Positions 1-11,749 of a DNA stretch of 64,000 bases are shown piece after piece. The notes below the pieces were generated by a model. That model searched no databases. It was not told the DNA's origin and saw only the letters and a list, made by a program, of their open reading frames with translations. Made by a program: the position numbers and the translations under genes. This stretch comes from Nymphaea colorata (taxonomy: Eukaryota). The stretch is from positions 26,350,001 through 26,414,000 of the forward strand of contig NC_045138.2 in assembly GCF_008831285.2 (NCBI RefSeq). Direction: 5' to 3'. The stretch's first letter is position 1. Each line of letters begins with the position of its first letter.

Positions 1-513
1 AACAAGGTTAATTATGAGAAAACAGCTGACAATATGGATCTGATCGTAAAACCCTTACATATTTACACCAGAAATTAGAAGCAGCAATACAAGCGGACCA
101 AACTTCAGAGCCCTATATCAAACAAACATAGGAAGAATCTAAACTAACTGCTAGGGAAACAACAAGAGAAAAATAAACAACAGGTACTTCAAACAGCTAA
201 AAGAACGAATGTTAGATTATCGGTTAATATTAACCAAGAAGATGAGTTAAGACATACAAAAAGAGATGCAGAGAATAATGAACATACAAAAAAAAAATCG
301 CATCAGGAGATCCACAAAACAATCAACCACGAATTCAAAAACAAGGACACAAAAAACTACATTGATACAAGTAACCATGGAACTATTCCACCAAATTCAT
401 CATCGAATTTATATACCATTCTCACTGGGCCTAAACAAAACAACACCATTATAAGCAAAGAAGGGCGAGAGATATGCATAAGAGAGAAATGGAGGGAGGA
501 ATTGGTAACTAAC

Positions 514-709
514 CCATGTTGGTAGGGACAGGAAGAGTGAGGTCGTCGGAGGCAGGATCAGGGGTGGGAAGCGGCAGCTTCGGAGCGGCCAGGGCCGCTT
601 CCTGAGCGGCAAGCTTGGCGGCCTCCTTCTTGTCATAGAAAGGCTTGGCGATGTCCCTTCTCAATGTCCTCAACCTCTTCTTCTTCTTCGACCTCAGAGA
701 CTTAGCCAT
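514..709 (-). CDS. First exon of an LLP-homolog (LAPS18/LLPH-like) small basic protein; gene continues beyond the left edge
   Basis: ORF MAKSLRSKKKKRLRTLRR... begins with the MAKSLRSK motif of LLPH/LAPS18 proteins. It ends at an ATG G|GTTAG donor (513). No further exon is recognisable in 1-512. Confidence 0.75.
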
Positions 710-837
710 CAGGATTCAAACTCCTCTCTCCGGAAAACTACCGCGGCCCCTTCTCTTCGATGCCTCTACCGAGCTTGATGGCTCTTTGGCGGCAACACCG
801 CTACTCGGGTCTGATATCCGAAGCTCTGGCGGCTTAT

Positions 838-845
838 TAGGGTTT
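838..845 (-). promoter_or_regulatory. Telo-box (AAACCCTA)
   Basis: TAGGGTTT on + strand about 130 bp upstream of the LLPH-like ATG. Telo-boxes are typical of plant ribosome-biogenesis and translation gene promoters. Confidence 0.5.
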
Positions 846-1036
846 TTTGGCCTTTGAGTCTCTTGGTCTAAAATAAATTTCCCTTAAGTATTATACTTCT
901 TTCCTAACTCCTAAAATCGTCCCTATTTATCCGAATTTACTAATACATGACGCGTGAGGGGAGCATATTATAATACCATAAAAAAACATTGGGGCGTTGT
1001 AATACCATAAAAACTGCGATATAACAAGACCAACTT

Positions 1037-1330
1037 AAGCTCGATTCAAACTCACTCGTCAAAATTCAATTAGTTGAATTAGAGTTTATATATATATATA
1101 TATATATATATTTGAAATGTTAAGAAAATGACTCATTTAAACTTGATTTGGTTTGATTACATAATAAATGCCGAAAATTAATGACAGAGCAAGTAAACAA
1201 GTAGCAACTAAGCGAGTTAACGAGTTTAAAGAGATGAAACAAGTTTAGTATAAACGAGTTAAATGAATCAAGCTCAAATGAGTTCAAGCCTGGTTTATGG
1301 TGATTAACTCGAGTTTGAGTTGAGCTTGAG
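1037..1330. mobile_element. Degenerate MITE remnant related to the element at 20022-20715, interrupted by (TA)n
   Basis: Shares AAGCTC/AACTCG/CGAGTT motifs and a GAGTTTGAGTTGAGCTTGAG stretch with the hAT MITE. No intact TIR or TSD seen. Confidence 0.4.
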
Positions 1331-1621
1331 TTTTCTTAATCCATTCCAGCTGTGGCTTCGCCCGAGTTGAGACTTATCCGACGTCTTCAATTAACATTAT
1401 TCACATTTCTCCCTTACCGCTTGATCACCACGTAAGGAAGTCTTTAATATCTCTATTTAAATTGGCAAACATATGGCTACAACCCAAATCTGACATTAAG
1501 TTGAATCGGACTGTCTTTGGATCATTCGGGCGGAATCGAGCAGAAAAAAATGTGATGTAAATGGCAGTCCCTCCGAGTGGATGAGGTTCGGTCCTTGCAT
1601 CAACGGGGTAGAGCGCCGAGG

Positions 1622-3732
1622 ATGTGGTCTCTCTCCTCGCTACTAGATTCCGTCCTCCCGTGCCATGCAGCTGAACGCTGCGGCAGCCCTCGCCCTCTCC
1701 TCTCTCCCGCCACCATAGCAACCAGGCCTTACACTTATTCTTTCTCTCCGTCAATCCCTCCTGCCATTGTTGGCAGGGCGCGATGCCTCTACGTCAATGC
1801 TACGAGGAAGAAGGAAGGAGCCAGAATGCGGACCCACTACGTAGATGTCGAATTGGGTAATGATGATGATGATGGCTTTGACGATTTTGATGAAGAAGGG
1901 GAAAATGAAGATGTTGGTGGTAGTGATGATGGCGAGCTATTGCCATTTGACAAGATGAGGCGTTGGCTGGAGAAGAGGCCCCGGGGGTTCGGCGACGGGA
2001 AGACGTATGAAACGAGTCTGGAAGACCAGCTCCTCCAGGAGATTGAACAGAGTCGGAAAGCCCAAGAGGCGAACCTCAACAATCTGAAGCGCAGCAAGTC
2101 GAAATCTGAGTCCATGAAGCAACCCTTGAAGCTGCAGCAGGATGGTATTTTCTTTTTCACCAATTTCTTATGGTTTTGCTTTAGAAGGTAGCTTACACTG
2201 TCGATTTTTTGTATCATCGTTGGTATGTTTGGTTTTACCGGGTTGGGCTTTTAACTTCTTATCCTTTGCAGTTCATATGGACGTCCCTGTACTTCTCATT
2301 TGGAAATTTTTGTTTCTGATGACATTTGATAGTTTTCTCTGGCTACACGGTTTGTAGTTATTCCAGGGCGTGCACGTATTCGTGTTGGTAATCTTCCAAA
2401 GAAGAAAAACATTCATAGAGATTTACGGTCAGCATTTAAAGGTTTTCCAGGCCTTCTAAATATTAGTCCAGCAGTTACTGGAAATAAGACGACCAGAGAT
2501 CCCATTTGCAAGGGCTTTGCGTTTCTTGATTTTGAATCAGATGCAACGGCTGACAGGTGATCTCCAACTACTCTTACTATTGGAATGTCTACAAGTTTGA
2601 ATTTGCAGCATCTGCTAGACTGCTACTTGCGTTTTCTTTTTCGCCTTGCTGTACATACGCCTATATGGTTTCAGTTCTGGCATTCTTCTGTTACATCTTT
2701 CTAGAAACACCGGTAGAACTTATGAGGCCTCAGACCTGTAACCTGCCAAATCCGGTGGTATGCTCAACTTGTCGTCGGGTGCTTCCCCGGACCAGATATT
2801 CAATTTAGAGACCTATCTAAACCATCAATTGAGGCGAAGAAATGCATACGATACTCTTTTTAAATATGTTTAAATTTTACCAGTGCATATCCTGGCATAC
2901 CAATTTGATTTCGTCTGTTAGTTAATGTTCAACGTGGTTCTATATTTGCTGTTTGTAAAATTGTTCCATTTGTTCATTTCCGTATAGAATTTGGGCAACC
3001 TGGATGTTTTGATATGACTGACCTTGCGTAAACATTTGTCGTAATCAGCTGTTGTTGATTCTGTTGTATGTAGGTTCCTTGAAATATATTCTGGGCAGAC
3101 CGTCGTCTTTGGTAAAATAGAGAAACAAATTTCATGTGATGCTTTAAAGCCAGACAGCCTTCCCAAGTCTGGTTCTGGATCAGCACAGAGCAATGTTAGA
3201 TATAGTCCACGATTAAAGATTGTAGATTTGGATACAAAAGTTAGTGGAAGTGACTCTACGAATCTTCCCATGGAACCATCATATAGAAGTGAGATTGAAG
3301 ACCCTGCAGGAACCATAACTCCTGCTGGAAACTCTGATAAGGAGGATATTGATAGCGAGAGTGGTCGGGGCTTGGTCTTGAATTTCCAAAATTCTGAATC
3401 GTCCATCAATGACACTGAAGAGGAGACGGCGTCATCCAGTATTTCAACATCAAGGAAACAAAAGAAGATGCTGGTCAGAAAGAAGCAAGTGAAAGTCCCA
3501 AAACCTGAGAAGGGGTTGAAATCACTGAAAGTCCTTGGTTCTGCAAGCAGGTGCTGTTATGCTATGAACAGATAGCTTTATTTAGGTGCATGTTGAATAT
3601 ATTTATCAAGTTCACTACAGAGCATGTTTTTCACAGACTTTTTTGTGAAAGTGCAGACTGAAGATCAGGGAAAGAGCTGTTCTAACAGATGTATTCTCAA
3701 AGTATGGAGCAAATACTCCTTCATCCATGTAA
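1622..3732 (+). CDS. RBD1: Plastid-type RRM RNA-binding protein, RBD1 (At1g70200)-like, about 424 aa
   Basis: Exons 1622-2144, 2358-2556, 3074-3550, 3657-3732 (1275 nt, all GT-AG). Ser/Pro/Arg-rich transit-peptide-like N-terminus, acidic tract, PRGFGDGKTYETSLEDQLL block, RRM with RIRVGNLPKKKNIHRDL and KGFAFLDF (RNP1). The symbol is from recall and less certain than the RRM call. Confidence 0.82.
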
Positions 3733-4653
3733 TGACAATGCATCTCTAATGAGATACTGGCTGAAGCCCTTACACTCCGAGGTGGACACATTCACTACTC
3801 CATCTATTAACTATGCTCCAAGGGGGCACAAGATTTGGTCAGGTAGTATGTCTGTTCTCTACCTCTCGTCTTTAAAATCGTTATGATATCCGTGGTTTTA
3901 ATTGTTTGTTTTAGACTAAGTTGCATAAAGCTTATAAGCTTGAAACGTTCATCTTGCTGCTGGCCCTTGTCCTGTTCCCTTGTCCTGTTTAATAGTTCCC
4001 TTAGTTGTGCCCTATGCTGCAACGTTGCTTTTCTTTCCTCTTCTTCATTGACATTGAATAACTAAACCTTGTAGAATTATCTTGTCGACAATAAAAAAGA
4101 GACTGCTGATATGCCTTCCCGGCTCAACACTTGTATCATCCATATTTTGCACTTGTTGCTTTCTCTGCAGAAGTTTGTGCTTGCTTTTGGACCGCCTTGT
4201 CGAGAAGGTCACAGTTTGCACTTTGCAGTTTATTCCAAATGTGGTGCTGTTATGCGGCTGATCTGTACTTCCTATGGTCTTATATTGCAGATGGATTTTG
4301 GTATGAAACTCACAAAACAAAGGAAAGAATCTGCAACGTGGGCTGGCCACTTCTCCCCGTTAGAACCATCATATGGTTGAAGCGTTACTTGGCAGTTCCT
4401 GAACTTCAGATGACTTTAGGCCTACCGCTAACGAACACGTGATTTTGCTACTTCCACCATCCTGGCTAAACCTCTTTTTTTTACTATCCTCCCATTTCAT
4501 GCTCGTCTATGTTAAATAATGTATTTGTTCCATGGCAAAAACAAAAGACCGTGCTGGTCAGAGCTGTTCAGATCTATCTAGAACAGGCACTCCGGTGGTA
4601 GTTATTCACTGCTCTTAATAGTTTATGGATACGATGTTCAAGTCATTGAAAAC

Positions 4654-4713
4654 AACTTTGTGCAAACATAACTGGTCAACTTTGTGCAAACATAACTGTA
4701 AACATAACTGGTA
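4654..4713. repeat. Short tandem repeat (CAACTTTGTGCAAACATAACTGGT twice plus a partial copy)
   Basis: Directly visible 24-bp unit. Confidence 0.8.
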
Positions 4714-5055
4714 AAGGGTATAACATAATTGGTCAGGTTGATATAAGTTTGATTCATATAAGTTTGATTCCTATAGACATTATTTTTTTGAAATGCAAAT
4801 GGTAGCAATGCAAGACTTTAGTTGGGGTTTCCTCAAGTTTAGAAGCAGTCTTAAACCTTGAGGGCAAGGAAAGCTTTGGCCTTTCTTTAGGTGGAGAAGA
4901 GGTAAAGTTTGGTGTCTGCACTACCATGTTGGGAGACCCAACAGCACTGGTTTAAGATATGATCATTTGCTCAACAGTGGCACACTGGAACAAAACCACA
5001 ACAAAGTTTAAAATCATAATCAACCACCCACCTTAAGAGCTTCACCTATCAGTTA

Positions 5056-5397
5056 GGGCCCGTTTGATTGTAGAGATAAAACAAGAGGGGAGGGGAAAAA
5101 TTGTACGGGTGGGTGAAATTTCACCCACTCATATTGCTTGCAATCAAACAGGGTGAACTTTCACCTGTTTTTCGTTAAAGCGAGCGGGTGAAAGTTCACC
5201 CGCTCGATGGCTGCCTACTAGACGACGCCGAGGGAAAGAGAGAAGAAGGGGAAGGGAGAAGCAGAAGGGGAAGCGAACGACGCAGACAAACATGGCTTCA
5301 AATCAAAAGAGGGTTAAATTTCATCCTTTATTTTTTTAAAAAAATTTATTATGGTAAATTTACCACGTTAAATTTTTCCTTGCAATCAAACTGGCCC
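5056..5397. mobile_element. Tourist (PIF/Harbinger)-like MITE
   Basis: TIRs GGGCCCGTTTGATTGTA / TGCAATCAAACTGGCCC; flanks TTA and GTA (3-bp TSD with one mismatch); non-coding, 342 bp. Confidence 0.75.
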
Positions 5398-5651
5398 GTA
5401 AGAATGCTCGCTGATTGTGCTAACCCAGCACCTAATCAGCATGTGTGCTGCTGGGGAGTATTGGTTGCTCGATAAAATAAAAGTGATGTTCGTCCTTTTT
5501 CGTCCTTACCCGAGCATGTGGTCGTTCCTCATTGTTTCTTTGAACAGATATATACAAATAACTGTTTTCTTTCAGCAGGCAAAATCTTCTTTGGTTTTCG
5601 ATTGGAAGCAAAGCCATTTTTAAATAATAGTGAGAGTAAGACAAAAATGTT

Positions 5652-6190
5652 CTATGACTGCGATTTAGCCGTTCTCACTAAGCACATAGAATGAGTTGCT
5701 CCAATGGCGACTGAAAGCACGTGAGGTCTCAACGCTTCATCCATTAAAAACTTGACTTCCACTGGGGATGGCTGAATCTCTGGGAGCCCTGGAACACCAA
5801 GCTGGAAATCTTTTGCATTACCCCACATGTACAATTTCCCTTCATCTGTAGTAAAGAATACAAAGTCTCATCAGTAATATGAACATTACAAGGTTTCCAA
5901 TCACTGTCATGCAATGGACTAAACTTAGGCTTACAAAATTTTGGCGCAACACATTCATAAAGCCTGCATAATTTTTCGAACTGCGGCGCCCCATAATTGT
6001 ATATTTCATTTGATCTAAGAAGAAAAATTCCTCTGCGGATCAGTTTTTACTCCGTCTTAGAGGACCGCAACCGAATTAGACCGCAATGACGCCTGACTTT
6101 TTAAAATGACGGTTCTTTCTGTAATGAAGTGTAAAAATGTTTCTTGGCTTCACGAAATTTTCTGGTTTACGCCCCTAGCCGTTTTTATAG

Positions 6191-6233
<43 letters not shown>

Positions 6234-9200
6234 GACATGTAAAAGGTCTGACAAGGTACCAATAGATACCATGCATATTTAGATTCTGAAGTTGAGAGAT
6301 GCCTTCTCTAAAACTAGATACCACATCGGTACCTGGTAAGTTCAATAAAAAAACCACACGCAAAGGCGATAAAAAAAACTTGTGATGGACGCATTCTGTA
6401 AAGCATACCAGTGATTGCGGCGGAGGATGAACTACCACATGCAACATATACAATATGCTCCCCGAGAAGACCCTCAACCTCTTTCGGAATCTCACCATTT
6501 TGTTTGCTGCCATGACCCAACTGTCCTTGTCTCCCGTGGCCCCATGTCAGCACTTTCCCTTTATCTGAAATGCATCATAAACACAAGATTTTTAAACCAA
6601 TTTTGCAACCACTGGTTCTTTAAGCAATACGTCTCAGCCATCTCTCACAATGACAAAACACTCCTCGCTTTTCGATCTTTTATTGGCATTCGACAAATTT
6701 ACTCTGTCCATGGAATCAGTTTCCTCCTTTACTATTTGATATTTTAACTCAAAGTCAAGACAGCTGCCAAAGACAATGCAGTCAAATTATGTCAATTGCT
6801 TAACTGGTCGGATCATGTTTACATTTGAATTTCGATCTTGTTCTGCTGAAACTGCTATTTCCGTGAAAAACCCTTATCTATAGATTGTTATATATATTTA
6901 TAAAAAACTGCAATGTTAAGTTTATAACATAAGCTTACATAAGTGGAATATAGCCTATCACCTACGTTGAAGAGAAAAAAAAAAAGAAGGAAAATGACGT
7001 ACCAGTTAGTGCTACAGAATGATATCCACCACAGGCTACCTGAATAATATGAACACCTTCAAGGCTAGAAATGGGCTGGGGTCGCCAGTCACTGATTCTA
7101 GTTCCCCTCCCAAGCTCAAAGTTGGAGTTACCTGAAAAAAAGCAACAGGCATGTTAAAGCTGGTGAAAGGTTCATCCAAGAAAGATCCTTAGAGCAATCA
7201 GGCAAAATCACCAAGGCTATCCTCTTATTCACTCGCAATGAAAATGAACAAAGGCATCAGGAACTATAAGTCTGCCATTTTTTCAACCTAACAGCTGCTT
7301 TCTCCACATGAAAACGATACAGGGGACAGAACTTTGCTATGCTGACAGTCCTGCATTCATTACTTTCTAGTACACCAGAGATGTCTTGTTTTGAGATCAA
7401 TGTAACCTACAGACCAGTTGAGTTGGCATGATTGGATTGAATTGGATTAAATGGTAATCAAGATAAAACCACCCTATTTATTGTTTCTTAACTGATTTGT
7501 TGTAACGAACTGCAAAACTGGAACTTATCAGAGTACAATGGAGAGCATTTATATACATGATACAAACAAACAATGACAAAATTCTAAGACAGGTGCTTAC
7601 AAATATATTAAAAGGACATTCAGTTGCAATTGCAGAAGGATAATATGAGACTTTTGTAGCCTCACCTCCCCAACTCCATAATTGTCCATCTGCAGTTAAA
7701 GCCATCGTGAAAAATCCACCACATGCAACAGCGGCAATAGGCACTGGCAAAGCCTCAACCTTAGTGGGGGTCCCAAGAGCACCTTCATCTGGGGCTCCAC
7801 CACTTCCAAGACCCAATCTGCCTTCACCTTCATCTCGACCCCAGGTAAAAAGCTCCCCTACATCCACTGCACTATCAACAGAGATACAAGAGAGACAAAG
7901 CAAGAATAGAACCAAAAAGATGAAAAGAAGTTCCTCCAAAAAGGAATACCAGTAAGTTCTCTTTTAGTGAAAATTAACTTAAGAAGCAAAAAATGTCAAA
8001 TGTTAACTCTCAATCTACTAAATAAGAAAACATATTTATTATAAAGCATGAGCTATAACTTGTAGATGTATAAGCAATACCTCAATTATGTTCATTTTGA
8101 AAAATTTTAAGAACCCTGTCGGATCAGCTAATCAATTTTTTTTTACAAAAATCGAAAACTGTCAACGCAGAAAGTTTTAAACATGCAAAGTACAAACACA
8201 ATTAACATCAGTTTCTAAAAAGGGCAGACTTTTAAAAATGCATGGGATCGTGCAACACAATACTGAAGCTTGAAATTTTTCTATTTTCCAATTAACAGTT
8301 CACTCCATCAAAGGCAGTACCAAGCTCAGAAACAGCTGCAGTATGAGTTCCACTAGTTGCAAGATGACTAATTTTTCCATTCCAATCATATTCCAGCAGC
8401 CTAGGAAGCAGCTCCCTGTGGTAGACAGAGTGGCCAAGCGCCCCAAACCCACCATAACCCCTGCACTCTTGAAAAAGGCAGTACTACGTAAGTGATATAT
8501 CAAAGCATCTTGTTCTATTCAATGGAACAAAAAAATCCAAAAGAGAGCTTTAAAATGGGAAACTAAAACATCATGGAAGTTTTCTTGGTTTGCAACTTGC
8601 AAAAAACATGTTGTCCATCGTTATCAACAGACCGCTCTTTATGACAATCTGTAAGCTATTCTCTGAAGGGAGACTTGAGAATACCCTCAGAATAAAAGTA
8701 AGCTCGCAACTCTAAAGAAGATTCCAACAATTGCCACAAACATACTGGTGAGATACTGAAACATGGTCAACTTTTGCAGAGTAGCCATTACTTTTTACAT
8801 CTAAATGCCTCCTAGAATCTTTTATCCATGCAATAGTGGAATAGATGTGAAAAGGGAATAGCAAATCCTTCCATAAAAGTGATATAGTAGCAGAAAGAAT
8901 GTGGTAACTGGTAACTAGATCCATCTTGTCCTTTTCCATCTTTTTCGTTAATCTTGTTTTAGGGCAAGTTTGAGATTTCAGGATATCAGCTCTAGGAAAT
9001 GTTCACCTGAATGGAAGTGCCCCCAGCTAATGTCACACGTTGGAGTGCCAGTATATGGTTCTATTTTGAATCACCCAGACTTTTAGATGATTTTGAAGGT
9101 TTTTGTGGTTTCTTGTTGGTGATACAAACATTTGCTTGTTGTCAGTTTCAACTGAAGTTTTCTTATGCTATAGACATATCTACACCCTGTTTGGATCGAA

Positions 9201-11365
9201 GGAGAGGGAGAGAAAGAAATGAAAAGGATAACCATTACTCTGTTTGGATGGCTAATTAAAGAGGAAGGAAATGAAAGGAAAGCTAAAAATTGTGTTTGGA
9301 CGCAAAGGAAAGGGAAGGGGAAGGAGGGAAAGGAAAGGATTTCCTAGTGTATTTTTAATCCCTCCAAGCACGGAAAGAATGGGAGGGAAATGAACGGCCT
9401 TTCATCTTGGTACGAATATTGCCCTCCATGCAATGCCATCGTGAGTGCATGGAAGCTCTCATCCAAGGGCCGATTCTGCTTCTCGCCACAGTGCAGGCGC
9501 CCTTGCCTTCTCTCCACAGTTGCAGTGCAGCTATGCTATTCCTCTCTCTCTCTCTGTGAAGCACATAAGTACGGAAGGGTGTACTAACGATTGCCAAAGA
9601 AAGAGAGCATCTCATACAAGTATGCAAGCGGTGATAGCAGTGCATTTATTAGAATTATACTTGGAAATCTTGACACCGTGTTTCAAGAGCTAAGAACAAG
9701 AGAAAATGGATTATGAGGACTAACAGAAGGACATGGACGCCTCTAAGGATAAGTGAATATCTCCATGGAAAATTTTTACTGGAAGTTCAAAACCCCAAGC
9801 AAGAGATCAACCATAAACGATCGCTCAAGCTTCTGGATAATCACAATCAACTTTGACAAGAGAAACTATGGGGCATAATCCTGCTATACTAAGATATTGT
9901 TGGGGGTAAAAGAAAGATCTGCTATATCGTGAAAATTTCATGAGCTTGATGAAGAGGAAACCAACCGACCAGATCGGAGGTTTGAGAATTCTCCTCATAT
10001 TATGTTCTCACATAGGAATAGTAGATGTACAAAAAGAAATCTTCTATTAGCCGACCGCCTACAGTGAACTCAGAAAGTTCTGGCAGGATCTAAGAAGATA
10101 GAATTACCCCTTTTCGACAGACTGGTTACCCATCTCTTTGCCTTTTTTCCTCCTGTGCTAACTATTAGTTACCTGATTGTGTTATTTGCAGCTCCTTTTT
10201 CAGAATACAGTTTCTGCTTCAATCATGAGATTCTGACAGTCTTTCAGTACTCCGAGCACATTCTTGAACTGTTGTGACTACAATCGCAAATGTGCAACAA
10301 CAGAATACATCTAAAAAGCATAAGTAGCAGTAGCAGCATATCCTAGGGCTTGAGCACTTACTAGCTATTAAGGGCCATCAAGATCATTACGGCAGAAGGA
10401 TATGAAAACCTGGTAAATGTCCATATCGGTAAGGAATCTCGGTAACAACTCTATCGTGATAACAGCTCTTCCTTTTTTTCTCCGCCATTACAGGTTATAT
10501 GTCTCTTATTACACATGCAACCTTTCCCAGCTGCAAAACAATTGGTTCCCTTCATGAGCATCCGGAAACAAAAACCTACTACCGGAATTTATTTATTGAA
10601 AAATAAGTGCCTCTTCGCATTCACTGTTTGGTGAATGCGAGTTTTAATTTGCCAATTGCTCTTCAAGATCACCAATTGCCTTAGTAAGCATCTAAGATCC
10701 AAACCTACTCCCGAAGATACTCAACAAATTTCGCTTGCATTGTAATGGGTTTCCAGAAAATGGAGGCAAAATTTGATCAACTAAGCTACAACAAAAAAAC
10801 AAGGGGGCACTAACCACGTGAAGACGTCTCCATTGGTAGTAAGAGCGCAAGAATGAAGCCCACCGAGAGCAATGCTCCGTACGTTTTCCAAATTGGGATT
10901 GAGGACGGGAGTGAAGATAGATTCCTCGTTGCCGAGGCCGAGCCTACCACCATCCCCCTTCCCCCACACCCAAATCTTACCACCGATCAAAACGGCGGAG
11001 TGGAACAAACCACACGAGATACCCACTTCGACCGACGCCGGGGATGACGTCTTCGTAAGACGTCCGGAGACGGGAGAGAGGCCGAAATCCGAAGGGAGAT
11101 GGAAGGATGAGACGGTGGTTGGGTACAGCCTGCTCTCCTCCACGCCGCCGCCAAGTTGACCGCAGCTTCCTCTCCCCCATGAGAGGAGCTCCACCGCCAC
11201 CGCCTCCGCCTCTGCAGCACTATGGTTAACGTCGTTTGTGGAGGGGGAATATCCCGGAGAAGACAAGGTGCCGGAGGAGGAGTAGGATCGCCGGAACAAC
11301 GAGGAGAGCGACGCTGACAGGCGGCTGATGAGCAGCTGGCGTTGCCTGCTACCTATGCTCGTCAT
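5652..11365 (-). CDS. RUG3: RCC1-repeat protein RUG3-like, mitochondrial, about 453 aa
   Basis: Exons 11365-10815, 8460-8321, 7857-7666, 7131-7003, 6564-6409, 5845-5652 (1362 nt, GT-AG). Arg/Ser-rich presequence. RCC1 repeats WGRGSCGQLG, WGKGDGGRLG, WGYGGFGALG, WGRDEGEGRLG and WGNAKDFQLGVPGLPEIQ match Arabidopsis RUG3 as recalled. Confidence 0.92.
6193..6231. repeat. (CT)n microsatellite in the last RUG3 intron
   Basis: About 19 CT units. Confidence 0.95.
9183..9375. mobile_element. Possible Tourist-like MITE remnant in RUG3 intron 1
   Basis: Three TGTTTGGA motifs separated by GA-rich tracts, ending in CCCTCCAAGCAC. Ends are degenerate. Confidence 0.35.
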
Positions 11366-11749
11366 GCTGTGGCAACCCACTTCCGAATGCCTCCCCAGAC
11401 GTTCAACACGGTCCCGCCTCCATCGTTCGCGCCTTCCAAATCAATATATCTCTCTCGCTGGGCTTAGGTTTAAAAAAGAAAAGAAGGCGGACTCAGAGCA
11501 GGCCTTAGAACGAAAGTTTGGTCTTGATTTTCTGTCCAAAAGGTGACTTACGTCAAGCCTGAGATAAATCAGGACTTATTAGTTCTCACGATGGGAAATT
11601 GCTGGAAATGCTTGTAATTTCTTGATTTAAAAGATCAGCCAATTACAAACAAAAATTACATGAATTTCTAAGTTAATCAAAGCATAAGCAACAAAAAATA
11701 TCTTTTGAAAATAAACATACAAGTTTGTGGGTTATGTTATTTTTTCCAA

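Noticed and set aside
9400..10100. Purine-rich intronic stretch that might be a decayed LINE fragment
   Set aside because: No reverse-transcriptase or zinc-knuckle motif could be read convincingly; needs a RepeatMasker search.
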